From an uncultured Candidatus Rokubacteria bacterium (lineage in GTDB: Bacteria > Methylomirabilota > Methylomirabilia > Rokubacteriales > CSP1-6): a stretch of 64,000 nt of DNA. Below the pieces are notes generated by a model. The model was not told the origin of the DNA and did not search any database. It was given only the letters and a program-made list of their open reading frames with translations. The position numbers and the translations under genes were made by a program. Positions within the stretch are counted from its first letter, which is position 1. Every line of letters starts with the position of its first letter. The stretch is taken from NCBI GenBank assembly GCA_963771355.1, contig CAVYTA010000006.1, forward strand, positions 736,001 to 800,000, given 5' to 3'. Shown in pieces: positions 46,724 to 56,346 of the stretch.

Positions 46724-47868
46724 GCGGCCGGCCGCGCCACGTCCTCATCCTCACCGCCTCCTATGGCTCGGGCCACAACCGCGTGGCGGAGACGATGTCC
46801 ACGGAGTTCGAGCGCGCGGGCGCCACCACCAGGGTGGTGGACCACTTCCGCGATCTGGTGCATCCGGCCTTCGACGACGCGAGCCGGAAGATGTACTACA
46901 CCATGCTGCGCCGCGCCCCCTATCTGTGGGGCGCCGCCTACTGGCTGGGCGACCAGCTCAGCGTGTCCTCGCCGCTGCTGATGGGGCTCAACCGGCTGGG
47001 CACGCGCAAGCTCGGTCGCCTCATGCGAGCGGAGCGGCCCGACCACGTAGTCTCCGTCCACCCGACCCCGGTGGCGGCGCTCTCCGAGCTCCGGGTTCGC
47101 GGCATGCAGATCCCGCCTCACACCACCGTGTTCACGGACTTCGTCGCCCACACCCAGTGGATCTATCCCAGCGTGGACCGCTACTGTGTGCCCGCCGAGG
47201 AGATCGCACACGATCTGACCGCGCGCGGCGTGCCCCGCGCACGAGTCACCGTCACCGGTATCCCGGTGGCGTCCGAGTTCACCCAGCCCACCGACCGGGC
47301 GGCCGCTCGGCTGGCCCTGGGACTGTCGCCGCGGCTACCCGTGCTCCTCTTCATGGATGGCTCGGCGGGCGGCTTCGGGCGGCTGGAAGACGCCACCCGC
47401 AAGATCCTCCAGATGGAGGAGCCGCTCCAGGCCCTCGTGGTGACCGGACGCGAGGAGCGCCTGGAGGCACGACTGCGCAGTCTGGTGGCGGGACACGAGT
47501 CACGCGTGAAGGTGTTCGGCTTCGTGGACAATGTCCGTCAGCTCATGGGCGCGGCCGACTTCCTCGTCACCAAGGCCGGCGGCCTCACGCTGGGCGAAGC
47601 CCTCGCCGCCGACCTGCCCGTCATCTCCTTCGGCTCCCTGCCGGGCCAAGAGGCGCGCAATGAGCGTTTCGCGGCCATGGCGGGCGTGGCCCTGGTGGCC
47701 GGCTCGGAAGCGCAGCTCCATCGGGTCATCGTGGCCGCGCTACGGGATCCCCTCTTGCTCCGAGACATCCGCGACCGGGTCCGGCTCTATCGCCGCCCGC
47801 AGGCGGCCCGCACCATCGTCGATCTGGTGCTCTCGACGGCCGCTCTCGCCCAGGAGCGCGCCTCCTGA
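46720..47868 (+). CDS. MGDG synthase/UgtP-like diacylglycerol glycosyltransferase (GT28)
   Basis: ILTASYGSGH, VSVHP, FTDF..H..W, TGIPV, TKAGGLT..EA, PGQE..N. Confidence 0.85.
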   Translation: MSGRPRHVLILTASYGSGHNRVAETMSTEFERAGATTRVVDHFRDLVHPAFDDASRKMYYTMLRRAPYLWGAAYWLGDQLSVSSPLLMGLNRLGTRKLGRLMRAERPDHVVSVHPTPVAALSELRVRGMQIPPHTTVFTDFVAHTQWIYPSVDRYCVPAEEIAHDLTARGVPRARVTVTGIPVASEFTQPTDRAAARLALGLSPRLPVLLFMDGSAGGFGRLEDATRKILQMEEPLQALVVTGREERLEARLRSLVAGHESRVKVFGFVDNVRQLMGAADFLVTKAGGLTLGEALAADLPVISFGSLPGQEARNERFAAMAGVALVAGSEAQLHRVIVAALRDPLLLRDIRDRVRLYRRPQAARTIVDLVLSTAALAQERAS

Positions 47869-48545
47869 TCTCAGCATCCTGGCTCGCCGGGCCGCCGCTG
47901 GCCTGGGCGGCCTATGCGTGGGGGTCGCATCTCCTCACCCTCGGCAGCGTGTGGCGCGGACCTCGCGCCGGCGCGTCGGTCGCGCTCACCTTCGACGACG
48001 GGCCCGACCCCGACACGACCCCCCGCGTGCTGGACATCCTCGCCGCGCATGGCGTGCGGGGCGCCTTCTTCCTCATCGGGCGGCGGGCGGCCGCCGTACC
48101 GGCCGTGGCCCGCCGCATCGCCGCCGAGGGCCATGATCTGGGCAACCACACGTGGAGCCATCGGAGCCTCTGGCTGTCCGGCCCCGGTGAGACCGGGCGA
48201 CAGGTGATCCAGGGCCACGACGCGATCGCCCAGGCCACGGGAACGGCCCCGCGCTTCTTCCGCCCGCCCTGGGGCCTGACCAACCTGGCGCTGTTCCCCA
48301 CGCTGCGCCGGCTCGGGACTCCCTGCGTGTTCTGGACGGTGCAGCCGGAGGGCGGACGCGCCGCGGAGGCGAGCGTCCAGATCTCCCGCGCCCGGCGGCG
48401 CGCCGGACCCGGCGCTATCCTGGATCTGCACGACGCGGACGGCGTGCCCGGGGCGGGGGAGCGCCTCTGTGGGGCGCTGCCGGGCATCATCGCGGGCCTG
48501 CGCGGCGCCGGGCTCGGCTTGGTGCCGCTTCGCGACCTGCTGTAA
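47865..48545 (+). CDS. Polysaccharide deacetylase (CE4) with N-terminal hydrophobic segment
   Basis: LTFDDGP, GNHTWSH, FRPPWG, DLHD; frame open back to CTG at 47865 (CTGA overlap, AGGAG upstream); first canonical start is GTG at 47949. Confidence 0.85.
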   Translation: MISASWLAGPPLAWAAYAWGSHLLTLGSVWRGPRAGASVALTFDDGPDPDTTPRVLDILAAHGVRGAFFLIGRRAAAVPAVARRIAAEGHDLGNHTWSHRSLWLSGPGETGRQVIQGHDAIAQATGTAPRFFRPPWGLTNLALFPTLRRLGTPCVFWTVQPEGGRAAEASVQISRARRRAGPGAILDLHDADGVPGAGERLCGALPGIIAGLRGAGLGLVPLRDLL

Positions 48546-48594
48546 GATTCTCCCAGCTCAAGTGACCCCTCCCGACTGACAAAGGAGTCGCACG

Positions 48595-50289
48595 ATGGCC
48601 GCCGATCCGAGACACAAGAGCCGCACCCTTCTCGAGGGCACCGATCGCTCCGCCGCCCGCGCCATGATGAAGGCGGTGGGCTTCACCGACGAGGATCTCG
48701 CGCGGCCCCAGATCGGCGTGGCTCATTCGTGGATCGGCACCATGCCCTGCAACTGGAATCACCGGAAGCTCGCGGAGAAGGTCATGCAAGGGGTTCGGGC
48801 CGCCGGCGGCACCCCCATCGAGGTCAATACCGTCTCCATCACCGACGGCATCACCATGGGCACCGAGGGCATGAAGGGCTCGCTCATCAGCCGGGAGATC
48901 GTGGCCGACTCCGTCGAGCTGGTGGCGCGGAGCCACATGTTCGATGGCCTCGTCACCATCTCCGGCTGCGACAAGACCATCCCCGCCATGACCATGGTGC
49001 TCGGACGCGTGAACATCCCCTCCCTGATGCTCTACTGCGGCTCCATCATGTTCGGCCGCTGTGCGGGATCCACCGGCCCCTTCGCCGGGCGCAACCTGAC
49101 CATCCAGGACGTCTTCGAGGCGGTGGGCGCCTACAATGCGGGCAAGATCTCGCTGGAGCAGTTCAAGGACGTCGAGGACCATGCCTGCCCGGGCGCGGGC
49201 GCCTGTGGCGGCCAGTTCACCGCCAACACCATGGCCACCGCCTACGAGATGCTCGGCATGTCGCCCATGGGCTGGAACGGCGTCCCCGCCACGGATCCCA
49301 GGAAAGACGAGGTGGCCTTCGAGTCGGGCAAGCTGGTCATGGATCTCCTGCGCAAGGGGATAACGCCCCGCTCCCTGGTCACGCGCAAGAGCTTCGAGAA
49401 CGCGATCACCGGCGTCATGGCCACCGGCGGCTCCACCAACGCGGTGCTCCACCTCATCGCCACCGCCAAGGACTTCGGGCTCAAGCTGTCCATCGACGAC
49501 TTCGACCGGATCTCGAAGCGGACGCCCGTGCTGGCCGACCTCAAGCCCTGGGGCAATTACACCGCGCCCGAGATGTACGAGGCGGGCGGCATGCCGGTGG
49601 TGGGCAAGCGGCTTCTCGAGGCCGGCCTGCTGCACGCGGGCGAGAAGACGGTCACCGGGCGCAGCATCGGGGACGAGGTGAAAAACGCCGCCGAGCCGGT
49701 GGGCCAGAAGGTGATCCGGCGGCTGACCGAGGCCATCAAGCCCACCGGAGGCATCGCCATCCTCCGCGGCAACATCGCCCCGGGCGGCTGCGTGATAAAG
49801 CTCTCCGGCCAGACCAAGTATCTCCACCGCGGGCCCGCGCGCGTCTTCGAGGTGGAGGAGGCGGCGTTCAAGGCAGTCAAGACGGGAAAGATCAAGCCCA
49901 ATGACGTGATCGTCATCCGCAACGAGGGGCCGAAGGGCGGGCCCGGCATGCGGGAGATGCTCCACGTGTCGGGCGCGCTGCAGGGAGCGGGGCTCGGCGA
50001 CACGGTGGCGCTCATGACGGACGGCCGCTTCTCCGGAGCCACCCACGGCTTCATGATCGCCCACATCGTTCCGGAGGCGGCGGATCGCGGGCCCATCGCC
50101 GCCATCCACAACGGCGACACCATCGTCATCGACGTCAAGAAGCGCCGCCTCGACGTGGAGATTTCGGCCGCGGAAATGAAGAAGCGCCTGGCAAAGTGGA
50201 AGCCCGCCCGGCCCCGCTACGCGAGCGGCGTCTTCCACAAGTACGCCATCACCGTCGCCAACGCCTCCGAAGGCGCCGTCACCGGCTGA
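48595..50289 (+). CDS. ilvD: Dihydroxy-acid dehydratase
   Basis: PCN, DGITMG, GCDKT.P, GACGGQFTANTM, GGSTNAVLH, GGPGMREM, TDGRFSG. Confidence 0.93.
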   Translation: MAADPRHKSRTLLEGTDRSAARAMMKAVGFTDEDLARPQIGVAHSWIGTMPCNWNHRKLAEKVMQGVRAAGGTPIEVNTVSITDGITMGTEGMKGSLISREIVADSVELVARSHMFDGLVTISGCDKTIPAMTMVLGRVNIPSLMLYCGSIMFGRCAGSTGPFAGRNLTIQDVFEAVGAYNAGKISLEQFKDVEDHACPGAGACGGQFTANTMATAYEMLGMSPMGWNGVPATDPRKDEVAFESGKLVMDLLRKGITPRSLVTRKSFENAITGVMATGGSTNAVLHLIATAKDFGLKLSIDDFDRISKRTPVLADLKPWGNYTAPEMYEAGGMPVVGKRLLEAGLLHAGEKTVTGRSIGDEVKNAAEPVGQKVIRRLTEAIKPTGGIAILRGNIAPGGCVIKLSGQTKYLHRGPARVFEVEEAAFKAVKTGKIKPNDVIVIRNEGPKGGPGMREMLHVSGALQGAGLGDTVALMTDGRFSGATHGFMIAHIVPEAADRGPIAAIHNGDTIVIDVKKRRLDVEISAAEMKKRLAKWKPARPRYASGVFHKYAITVANASEGAVTG

Positions 50290-52352
50290 TGGCGATCCGC
50301 CCGCTGGAGCTTGTTCCCTCCGTCTGCCCGCACGACTGCACCAGCACGTGCGCGCTCGAGGTGGAGCGGGTGGACGAGCGGACCATCGGCCGGGTGCGCG
50401 GCTCCCAGCGCAACACGTACACGCGGGGGGTGATCTGCGAGAAGGTGGCCCGCTACGCGGAGCGTACCCATCACCCCGACCGCCTGATGCATCCCATGAA
50501 GCGCGTGGGCCCCAAGGGCTCGGGACGGTTCGCCCGCATCTCCTGGGACGAGGCGCTCGACACCGTCGCGCGCGCCTTCCAGGACGCGGCCGCGCGGCAC
50601 GGCCCGGAAACGGTCTGGCCGTACTACTACGCGGGCACCATGGGCCTGGTGCAGCGGGACGGCATCAACCGGCTCCGGCACGTCATGCGGTACTCCCGCT
50701 GGTTCTCGACCATCTGCGTGACGCTGTCCGACAGCGGCTGGATCGCGGGGACGGGCATGAAGCGGGGCGCGGACCTGCGCGAGATCGACGAGCACTCGGA
50801 CCTGGTGGTGATCTGGGGCGGGAATCCGGTGAATACCCAGGTGAACGTGATGAATCACGCCCTGGCCGCCAAGCGGCGGGGGGCGACGCTCGTGGTGGTG
50901 GATCCCTACCGCACCGGCACCGCCGACCATGCCGACCTCCATCTTGCCGTCCGCCCCGGCACCGACGGCGCGCTGGCCTGCGCCGTGATGCACGTCCTCT
51001 TCGCGGAAGGCTTCGCCGACTGGGACTACCTGCGCGCGTACACCGACGCGCCGGACGAGCTGGCCCAGCACGTGGCGACGCGGACGCCCGAGTGGGCGGC
51101 TGCCATCACCGGGCTCTCCGTCGAGGCGATCACGGACTTCGCGCGCCTCTACGGCCGCACCAGGCGCAGCTTCATCCGCTGTCATCACGGGTTCAGCCGC
51201 TCCCGCAACGGCGCCGTCAACATGCACGCGGTGAGCTGCCTGCCCGCCGTGACCGGTGCCTGGCGCTATGAGGGCGGGGGGGCGCTCTACGGGCACACCG
51301 CGATCTACCCCCTCGATCGCTCCCTCATCGAGGGGCTGGACGTGGCGGACAAATCCATCCGGGCCCTCGACCAGTCCCGCCTGGGCGCGATCCTGACCGG
51401 CGATCCCGCCGCGCTGCACGGCGGGCCCCCGGTGACGGCCATGCTGGTGCAGAACACCAACCCCGCCATGGTCTGCCCGGACCTCAACCTGGTGCACCGG
51501 GGACTGGCGCGGGAGGACCTCTTCCTCTGCGTGCACGAGCAGTTCCTCACCGAGACAGCGGCCTTCGCCGACATCGTGCTGCCCGCCACCACCTTCGTCG
51601 AGCACGACGACTTCTACACCGCGAGCGGCCACACGTATTTCCAGGTGGCGAAGAAGGTGATCGAGCCGCCCGGGGAGTGCCGCGAGAATCACGAGGTGAT
51701 CCGAGGCCTGGCCCGCCGGCTGGGCGCCACCCATCCCGGCTTCGAGATGACCCCGTGGGAGATCATGGACTGGACGCTCAAGCGCTCGGGCATGTGGGAC
51801 GCCGAGACCAACTGGAGCCGGGGCGGCCAGGACTGCGCGCCCCCGTTCCGCAAGGCCCATTTCCTCGACGGGTTCGAGACCGCCGACCGCCGCTTTCACT
51901 TCAAGGCCGACTGGAAGCGCTTCGGCGGCCGCTGGGCGGAGATGCCGGTACTCCCCGATCACTTCGACGTGATCGACCGCGCCACCGCGGCCAAGCCCTT
52001 CCGGCTGGTGGCTGCCCCCGCGCGGACCTTCCTCAACTCGACCTTCACCGAGACGCCGGGCTCGCTGCGGCGTGAGGTGCGGCCCACCGCATGCATCAAT
52101 CCGGCCGATTGTGAAGCCCTGGGCCTCGTCGAGGGGGATCGGCTGACCCTCGGCAACGAGCAGGGCGAGGTGATCGTGCACGCGATGCCGCGTGAGGGCC
52201 AGCAGCAGGGGGTGGTGGTGGTGGAGGGGGTCTGGCCGAACAAGCACTTCGAGAATCGCCTGGGCATCAACGCGCTCACCAGCAGCGAGCCCGGCTTCCC
52301 GCACGGCGGCGCCGTCTTCCACGACACCGCGGTGTGGATACGGAAGTCCTGA
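50289..52352 (+). CDS. Molybdopterin (bis-MGD) oxidoreductase catalytic subunit, cytoplasmic
   Basis: CPHDCTSTC...C Fe-S motif, ISWDEAL, WGGNP, PGTDGALA, ADIVLPA; no Tat signal; ATG overlaps ilvD stop. Confidence 0.88.
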   Translation: MAIRPLELVPSVCPHDCTSTCALEVERVDERTIGRVRGSQRNTYTRGVICEKVARYAERTHHPDRLMHPMKRVGPKGSGRFARISWDEALDTVARAFQDAAARHGPETVWPYYYAGTMGLVQRDGINRLRHVMRYSRWFSTICVTLSDSGWIAGTGMKRGADLREIDEHSDLVVIWGGNPVNTQVNVMNHALAAKRRGATLVVVDPYRTGTADHADLHLAVRPGTDGALACAVMHVLFAEGFADWDYLRAYTDAPDELAQHVATRTPEWAAAITGLSVEAITDFARLYGRTRRSFIRCHHGFSRSRNGAVNMHAVSCLPAVTGAWRYEGGGALYGHTAIYPLDRSLIEGLDVADKSIRALDQSRLGAILTGDPAALHGGPPVTAMLVQNTNPAMVCPDLNLVHRGLAREDLFLCVHEQFLTETAAFADIVLPATTFVEHDDFYTASGHTYFQVAKKVIEPPGECRENHEVIRGLARRLGATHPGFEMTPWEIMDWTLKRSGMWDAETNWSRGGQDCAPPFRKAHFLDGFETADRRFHFKADWKRFGGRWAEMPVLPDHFDVIDRATAAKPFRLVAAPARTFLNSTFTETPGSLRREVRPTACINPADCEALGLVEGDRLTLGNEQGEVIVHAMPREGQQQGVVVVEGVWPNKHFENRLGINALTSSEPGFPHGGAVFHDTAVWIRKS

Positions 52353-52372
52353 AGCGCCCCGCTCTCCGCAGG

Positions 52373-54409
52373 CTATCCGATCGCGATGTCGAGCCAGCCC
52401 TGGGCGGTGACGAGCGCCCGCTCGTCGGCGCGGATCACCACGGTGGTGGTGGCCGACTCGAAGATGGCCGGACCCTTGATCTCCTGGCCGGGTGGCAGCC
52501 CGTCCATCTCATGGACCGGCACCTCCATCCAGCGTCCGAGATAGGCGCGGCGGAGGCGGGGGGCGATCGCGGGAGGCGCGGCGGCCCGCGTCTCCTCGGC
52601 GGGGAGTGCGGGCAGCCGTCCGACCACGGCCAGCCGCGCGTTGACGAGCACCACTTCCTGGCCGGGCGCGCTGTAGGTGTAGAGCGCCTCGTGGCGCGCG
52701 TGGAAGCGGGCCACCACCTGATCCATGAGGTCGGCCGCGTCCATGTCCACGCCGTCCAGCGGCACCGAGATCTCGAAGGTCTGCTCGCCGTAACGCATGT
52801 CCGCGGAGCGGCGTACCGCGATCTCGCCCGCGAAGCTCCCGAGCCGTCGCCGCCCTTCCGCCTCCAGCTCCGAAAAACGCTGCCGAAGGCGATCAGACCC
52901 GATCTCGCGGGCCTCACCCACATGCGTGCGCACCATCTCGTAACGGAGATCGGTCGCGAGCATGCCCCAGGCCGAGAGCACTGACGCCACCCGCGGGACG
53001 ATCACCCGGGTGACCTCGAGCATGCGCGCCACGTCGGTGATGTGTAGCCCGGCCGCTCCGCCGAAAGACAGGAGGGCGAAGCGCCGCGGATCCGCGCCCC
53101 GGCGGACCGAGACCAGGCGGATTCCCTCCGCCATGTTGGTGTTGACGACGCGACAGATGCCCTCCGCCGCCGCCACCGGGTCGACACCCAGCGCACGCGC
53201 GATTCGACCCACCGCGGCCTCGGCCGCCGCCGCGTCCAGCCGGGTTCTCCCGCCCAGGAAGTTGGCGGGATCGAGGAGGCCCAGCACCACGTTGGCGTCG
53301 GTGACGGTGGCGTCACGGCCCCCGCGCCCATAGCAGGCGGGCCCGGGCACCGCGCCCGCGCTCTCGGGGCCCACGTGAAGGATGCCCCCCACGTCCACCG
53401 TCGCGATGGAGCCGCCGCCCGCGCCCAGCGTGTGGATGTCGATGCTCGGCAGCGCCACCTTGCTGCCGCCCACCGCCTTGTCACCGCTGAGATGCGGCTC
53501 GCCGCCCTCCAGCAGCGCGATGTCCGTGCTGGTCCCGCCCATGTCGAAGGTGATGAGATTGCCCGCGCCGATCACGCGCGCGCAGTGCCCGCTTCCCGCG
53601 ATGCCGCCCGCCGGGCCGGACAGCACGGCCCCGGCGGCCAGACGAATCGAGTCCTCGATGGTCGCGACCCCGCCATGCGACTGCATGATGAGCACGCGGC
53701 CGGCATAGCCCGCGTCGGTCAGCCGCTTCTCGAGCCGGCCGAGATAGCCCGCGAGCACGGGTCCCACGTAGGCATTCACCACGGTGGTGCCGAAGCGCTC
53801 GTACTCCTTGATCTGCGGGAGCACCTCGGAGGAGAGGGACACGTAGGCCGCCGGCAGCAGGCGCGCGAGGAGCCGTCGCGTGGCCCGCTCGTGGCGCCCG
53901 TCCCGGTAGGAATGGAGATAGCAGACGGCGACGGACTCGACCTTGGCCGCGGCCAGCCTCCGCACCGCGGACTCGACCGAGCTCTTGTCCAGCGGCGTCT
54001 CGACCTTGCCGTCGAAGCGGATGCGCTCGCGCACGTCGAGCCGCCGTGCACGCGGCACCAGCGGGATGGGAGGCGGCATGCGCAGGTTGTAGCGGTCGTC
54101 CTTGAGCCCCTCGCGCATCTCGACGATATCCCGATGGCCGGCGGTGGTGAGCATCCCCACGGTGGCACCCTTGCGCTCGAGGAGGGCATTGGTGGCGACA
54201 GTGGTGCCGTGCACGATCAGCTCGGTACGAGCGAGAAGGGTACCCGCGTCCAGGCCGAGCTCGGCGGCGAGCAGCCCGAGGCCGTCGAGCGCGCCGATCG
54301 AGGGATCGGAGGGGGTGGAGGCCGACTTCGCCAGCGTGGTGCGTCCCCGCTCATCCACCGCGACCAGGTCTGTGAACGTGCCGCCGACGTCGATTCCGAC
54401 CCTGTACAT
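52373..54409 (-). CDS. Hydantoinase A/5-oxoprolinase family subunit
   Basis: GIDVGGTFTD, HGTTVATNA, SGPAGG, DMGGTSTD, GAGGGS, GPACYG. Confidence 0.92.
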   Translation of the reverse strand: MYRVGIDVGGTFTDLVAVDERGRTTLAKSASTPSDPSIGALDGLGLLAAELGLDAGTLLARTELIVHGTTVATNALLERKGATVGMLTTAGHRDIVEMREGLKDDRYNLRMPPPIPLVPRARRLDVRERIRFDGKVETPLDKSSVESAVRRLAAAKVESVAVCYLHSYRDGRHERATRRLLARLLPAAYVSLSSEVLPQIKEYERFGTTVVNAYVGPVLAGYLGRLEKRLTDAGYAGRVLIMQSHGGVATIEDSIRLAAGAVLSGPAGGIAGSGHCARVIGAGNLITFDMGGTSTDIALLEGGEPHLSGDKAVGGSKVALPSIDIHTLGAGGGSIATVDVGGILHVGPESAGAVPGPACYGRGGRDATVTDANVVLGLLDPANFLGGRTRLDAAAAEAAVGRIARALGVDPVAAAEGICRVVNTNMAEGIRLVSVRRGADPRRFALLSFGGAAGLHITDVARMLEVTRVIVPRVASVLSAWGMLATDLRYEMVRTHVGEAREIGSDRLRQRFSELEAEGRRRLGSFAGEIAVRRSADMRYGEQTFEISVPLDGVDMDAADLMDQVVARFHARHEALYTYSAPGQEVVLVNARLAVVGRLPALPAEETRAAAPPAIAPRLRRAYLGRWMEVPVHEMDGLPPGQEIKGPAIFESATTTVVIRADERALVTAQGWLDIAIG

Positions 54410-54410
54410 G

Positions 54411-56174
54411 CTAAGGCCTCCCGCGATGGGCGGACGACGGGGCTGACTTGATATACGGTCGCCGCAAGCGGCGACCTTTATTTGGTGGCTTCGCATCTTT
54501 CGGGTTGCGCCCGGTGGAAGTGCGCCCGTTCTTGCCGGTGATGAGGCCGTTGTCTGCGTCTCGCTGGCGCGCGGCGGGGTCGCGCCGGCGTGGATCTCCG
54601 TAGCCGCCGCCGCCGGCGGACTCCACCAGGAATACGGTGCCGGGGAGCACGGGCACGCCCACCTCCTTGGTCTTGAGGAAGCGGGTGCGGCCGCGCGCGA
54701 CCATCCGATAACGGTGGGGGAGGCCGTCCTTCCCGCCGAGAATGCCGTACGAAGGATGCCGGACCCCGTCACCCGCGGTATTGGCGCGGCCCTCCTCGGT
54801 GGTCTCCACCTTCAGGGTAAGCAGAGACCCTACCCCTCCGCGATGGCGCCCGTCGCCGGGGGAGTCGGGACGGAACTCGTGGCGCTCGAAGAAGAGGGGG
54901 AAGCGCGTTTCCGCCACTTCCACGCTCCCGAACTTGATGCCGCCCGCCGCCTGACCCTCGCCCGCGGTTTCCCAGCCGTCGCCGGCCACGCAGGCGCCGC
55001 CGCCGCCCCGCGCGTGGAAGAGGTGCCAGATGAAGGGGCGCTTCGTCCGCGGGTTCACTCCCGAGATGGCGATGCGGAAGCGCCGCGACCAGCCGGCCAG
55101 CACGCGCTCCGGGCAGCTCTTGGCCAGCGCTTTGATCACCGCCTCGGCGATTTCCTGGGCGCAATGGTTGGTGGCGAGCGTCACCGGCGCGGGCGGATGC
55201 GGCCACACCACGCTGCCCTGGCGCGCCTTCACCGTCACCGGACGGAAAGTACCCTCGTTCTTGGGTGTCCGCGGGTCGATCAGGTAGGCGAGCGCCATGT
55301 GGACGGCCGAGATGGTGTTTGGGTAGGACGAGTTCACGAAGCCGATGACCTGGTCGCGGCTCTCGGTGAGATCCACCACCAGCGAGTCCCCCTTCTTGGT
55401 CACGGTGGCGCGGATGGCGATGTCCTCGATCCCATGCCCGTCGTCGTCGAGCACCGCCTCCCCGCGGAACACCCCGTCCTTCCACTGCCGGATGCACGCG
55501 CGCGCCTGGCGCTCGGCGCCATCCAGCACCTCGTCCACGGCGGCGAGCGCGGTGGACAGTCCGTATTCCTCGATCAGACGCAGGATGCGGCGCTCGCCCA
55601 TCCGGGTCGAGCCGATCATGGCGTTGAGGTCGCCCTTGAAGTCGCGCGGGTGCCGCACGTTGAGCGCGACCGTCTCGAGCACGTCGTCGCGCAGGACCCC
55701 CGCGTCGTAGAGCTTGAGGGGAGGGATACGCACGCCCTCCTGCCAGATCTCGGTGGCGCCGGGGTTGTAGCCGCCGTGGGTGGCGCCTCCGATATCGTGC
55801 TGGTGGGCGCGGTTGATGGACCAGAAGACGACCCGGTCCTCCGCGAACACGGGCAGCAGCACGGTGAGGTCCGGTAGATGGTTGTTGCCGTGATAGGGAT
55901 CGTTCAAGAGGAAGAGGTCGCCGGGATGAATGCGCCCGGCGAAGTACTCCGACACCGACTGCACCGCCCACGGGAGCGCCCCTACATGGATGGGCACGTG
56001 CTCGGCCTGGGCGGCAAGCCGGCCCTGGCCGTCGAAGACCGCGGTGGAAAAATCCCGGCTCGAGTTGAGGATCTGAGAGTAGGCGGTGCGGAGCATTGCC
56101 TCGCCCATCTCCTGGACAATACCCTCGAGCCGGTGCTGGATCACGGACACGGTGATGCGGTCGGGTGTCATCAT
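54411..56174 (-). CDS. Hydantoinase B/5-oxoprolinase family subunit
   Basis: RTAYS...RDFS, PIHVG, NDPY.G..HLPD, DIGG...G, QEG, GGGGYGDP. Confidence 0.92.
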   Translation of the reverse strand: MMTPDRITVSVIQHRLEGIVQEMGEAMLRTAYSQILNSSRDFSTAVFDGQGRLAAQAEHVPIHVGALPWAVQSVSEYFAGRIHPGDLFLLNDPYHGNNHLPDLTVLLPVFAEDRVVFWSINRAHQHDIGGATHGGYNPGATEIWQEGVRIPPLKLYDAGVLRDDVLETVALNVRHPRDFKGDLNAMIGSTRMGERRILRLIEEYGLSTALAAVDEVLDGAERQARACIRQWKDGVFRGEAVLDDDGHGIEDIAIRATVTKKGDSLVVDLTESRDQVIGFVNSSYPNTISAVHMALAYLIDPRTPKNEGTFRPVTVKARQGSVVWPHPPAPVTLATNHCAQEIAEAVIKALAKSCPERVLAGWSRRFRIAISGVNPRTKRPFIWHLFHARGGGGACVAGDGWETAGEGQAAGGIKFGSVEVAETRFPLFFERHEFRPDSPGDGRHRGGVGSLLTLKVETTEEGRANTAGDGVRHPSYGILGGKDGLPHRYRMVARGRTRFLKTKEVGVPVLPGTVFLVESAGGGGYGDPRRRDPAARQRDADNGLITGKNGRTSTGRNPKDAKPPNKGRRLRRPYIKSAPSSAHRGRP

Positions 56175-56214
56175 GGGTGTAATTTACATCGAGAACGGCA
56201 CCGCGGTATACGGT

Positions 56215-56346
56215 GCCGACGACGCGCCGTGGGACCTCCCGATGGCGCTGTCGGTGATCTACTCGCTCCCGCCGGTGATCTTCTACTGCATCTTCCGTCG
56301 CTACCTCACCCACGGCCTCGTGTCCGGGGCGGTGCAGGGGACCTAG
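56215..56346 (+). pseudogene. 3'-terminal remnant of a carbohydrate ABC transporter permease
   Basis: ADDAPWDLPMALSVIYSLPPVIFYCIFRRYLTHGLVSGAVQGT*, the last TM helix plus MalG-type tail; no upstream gene body. Confidence 0.62.
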
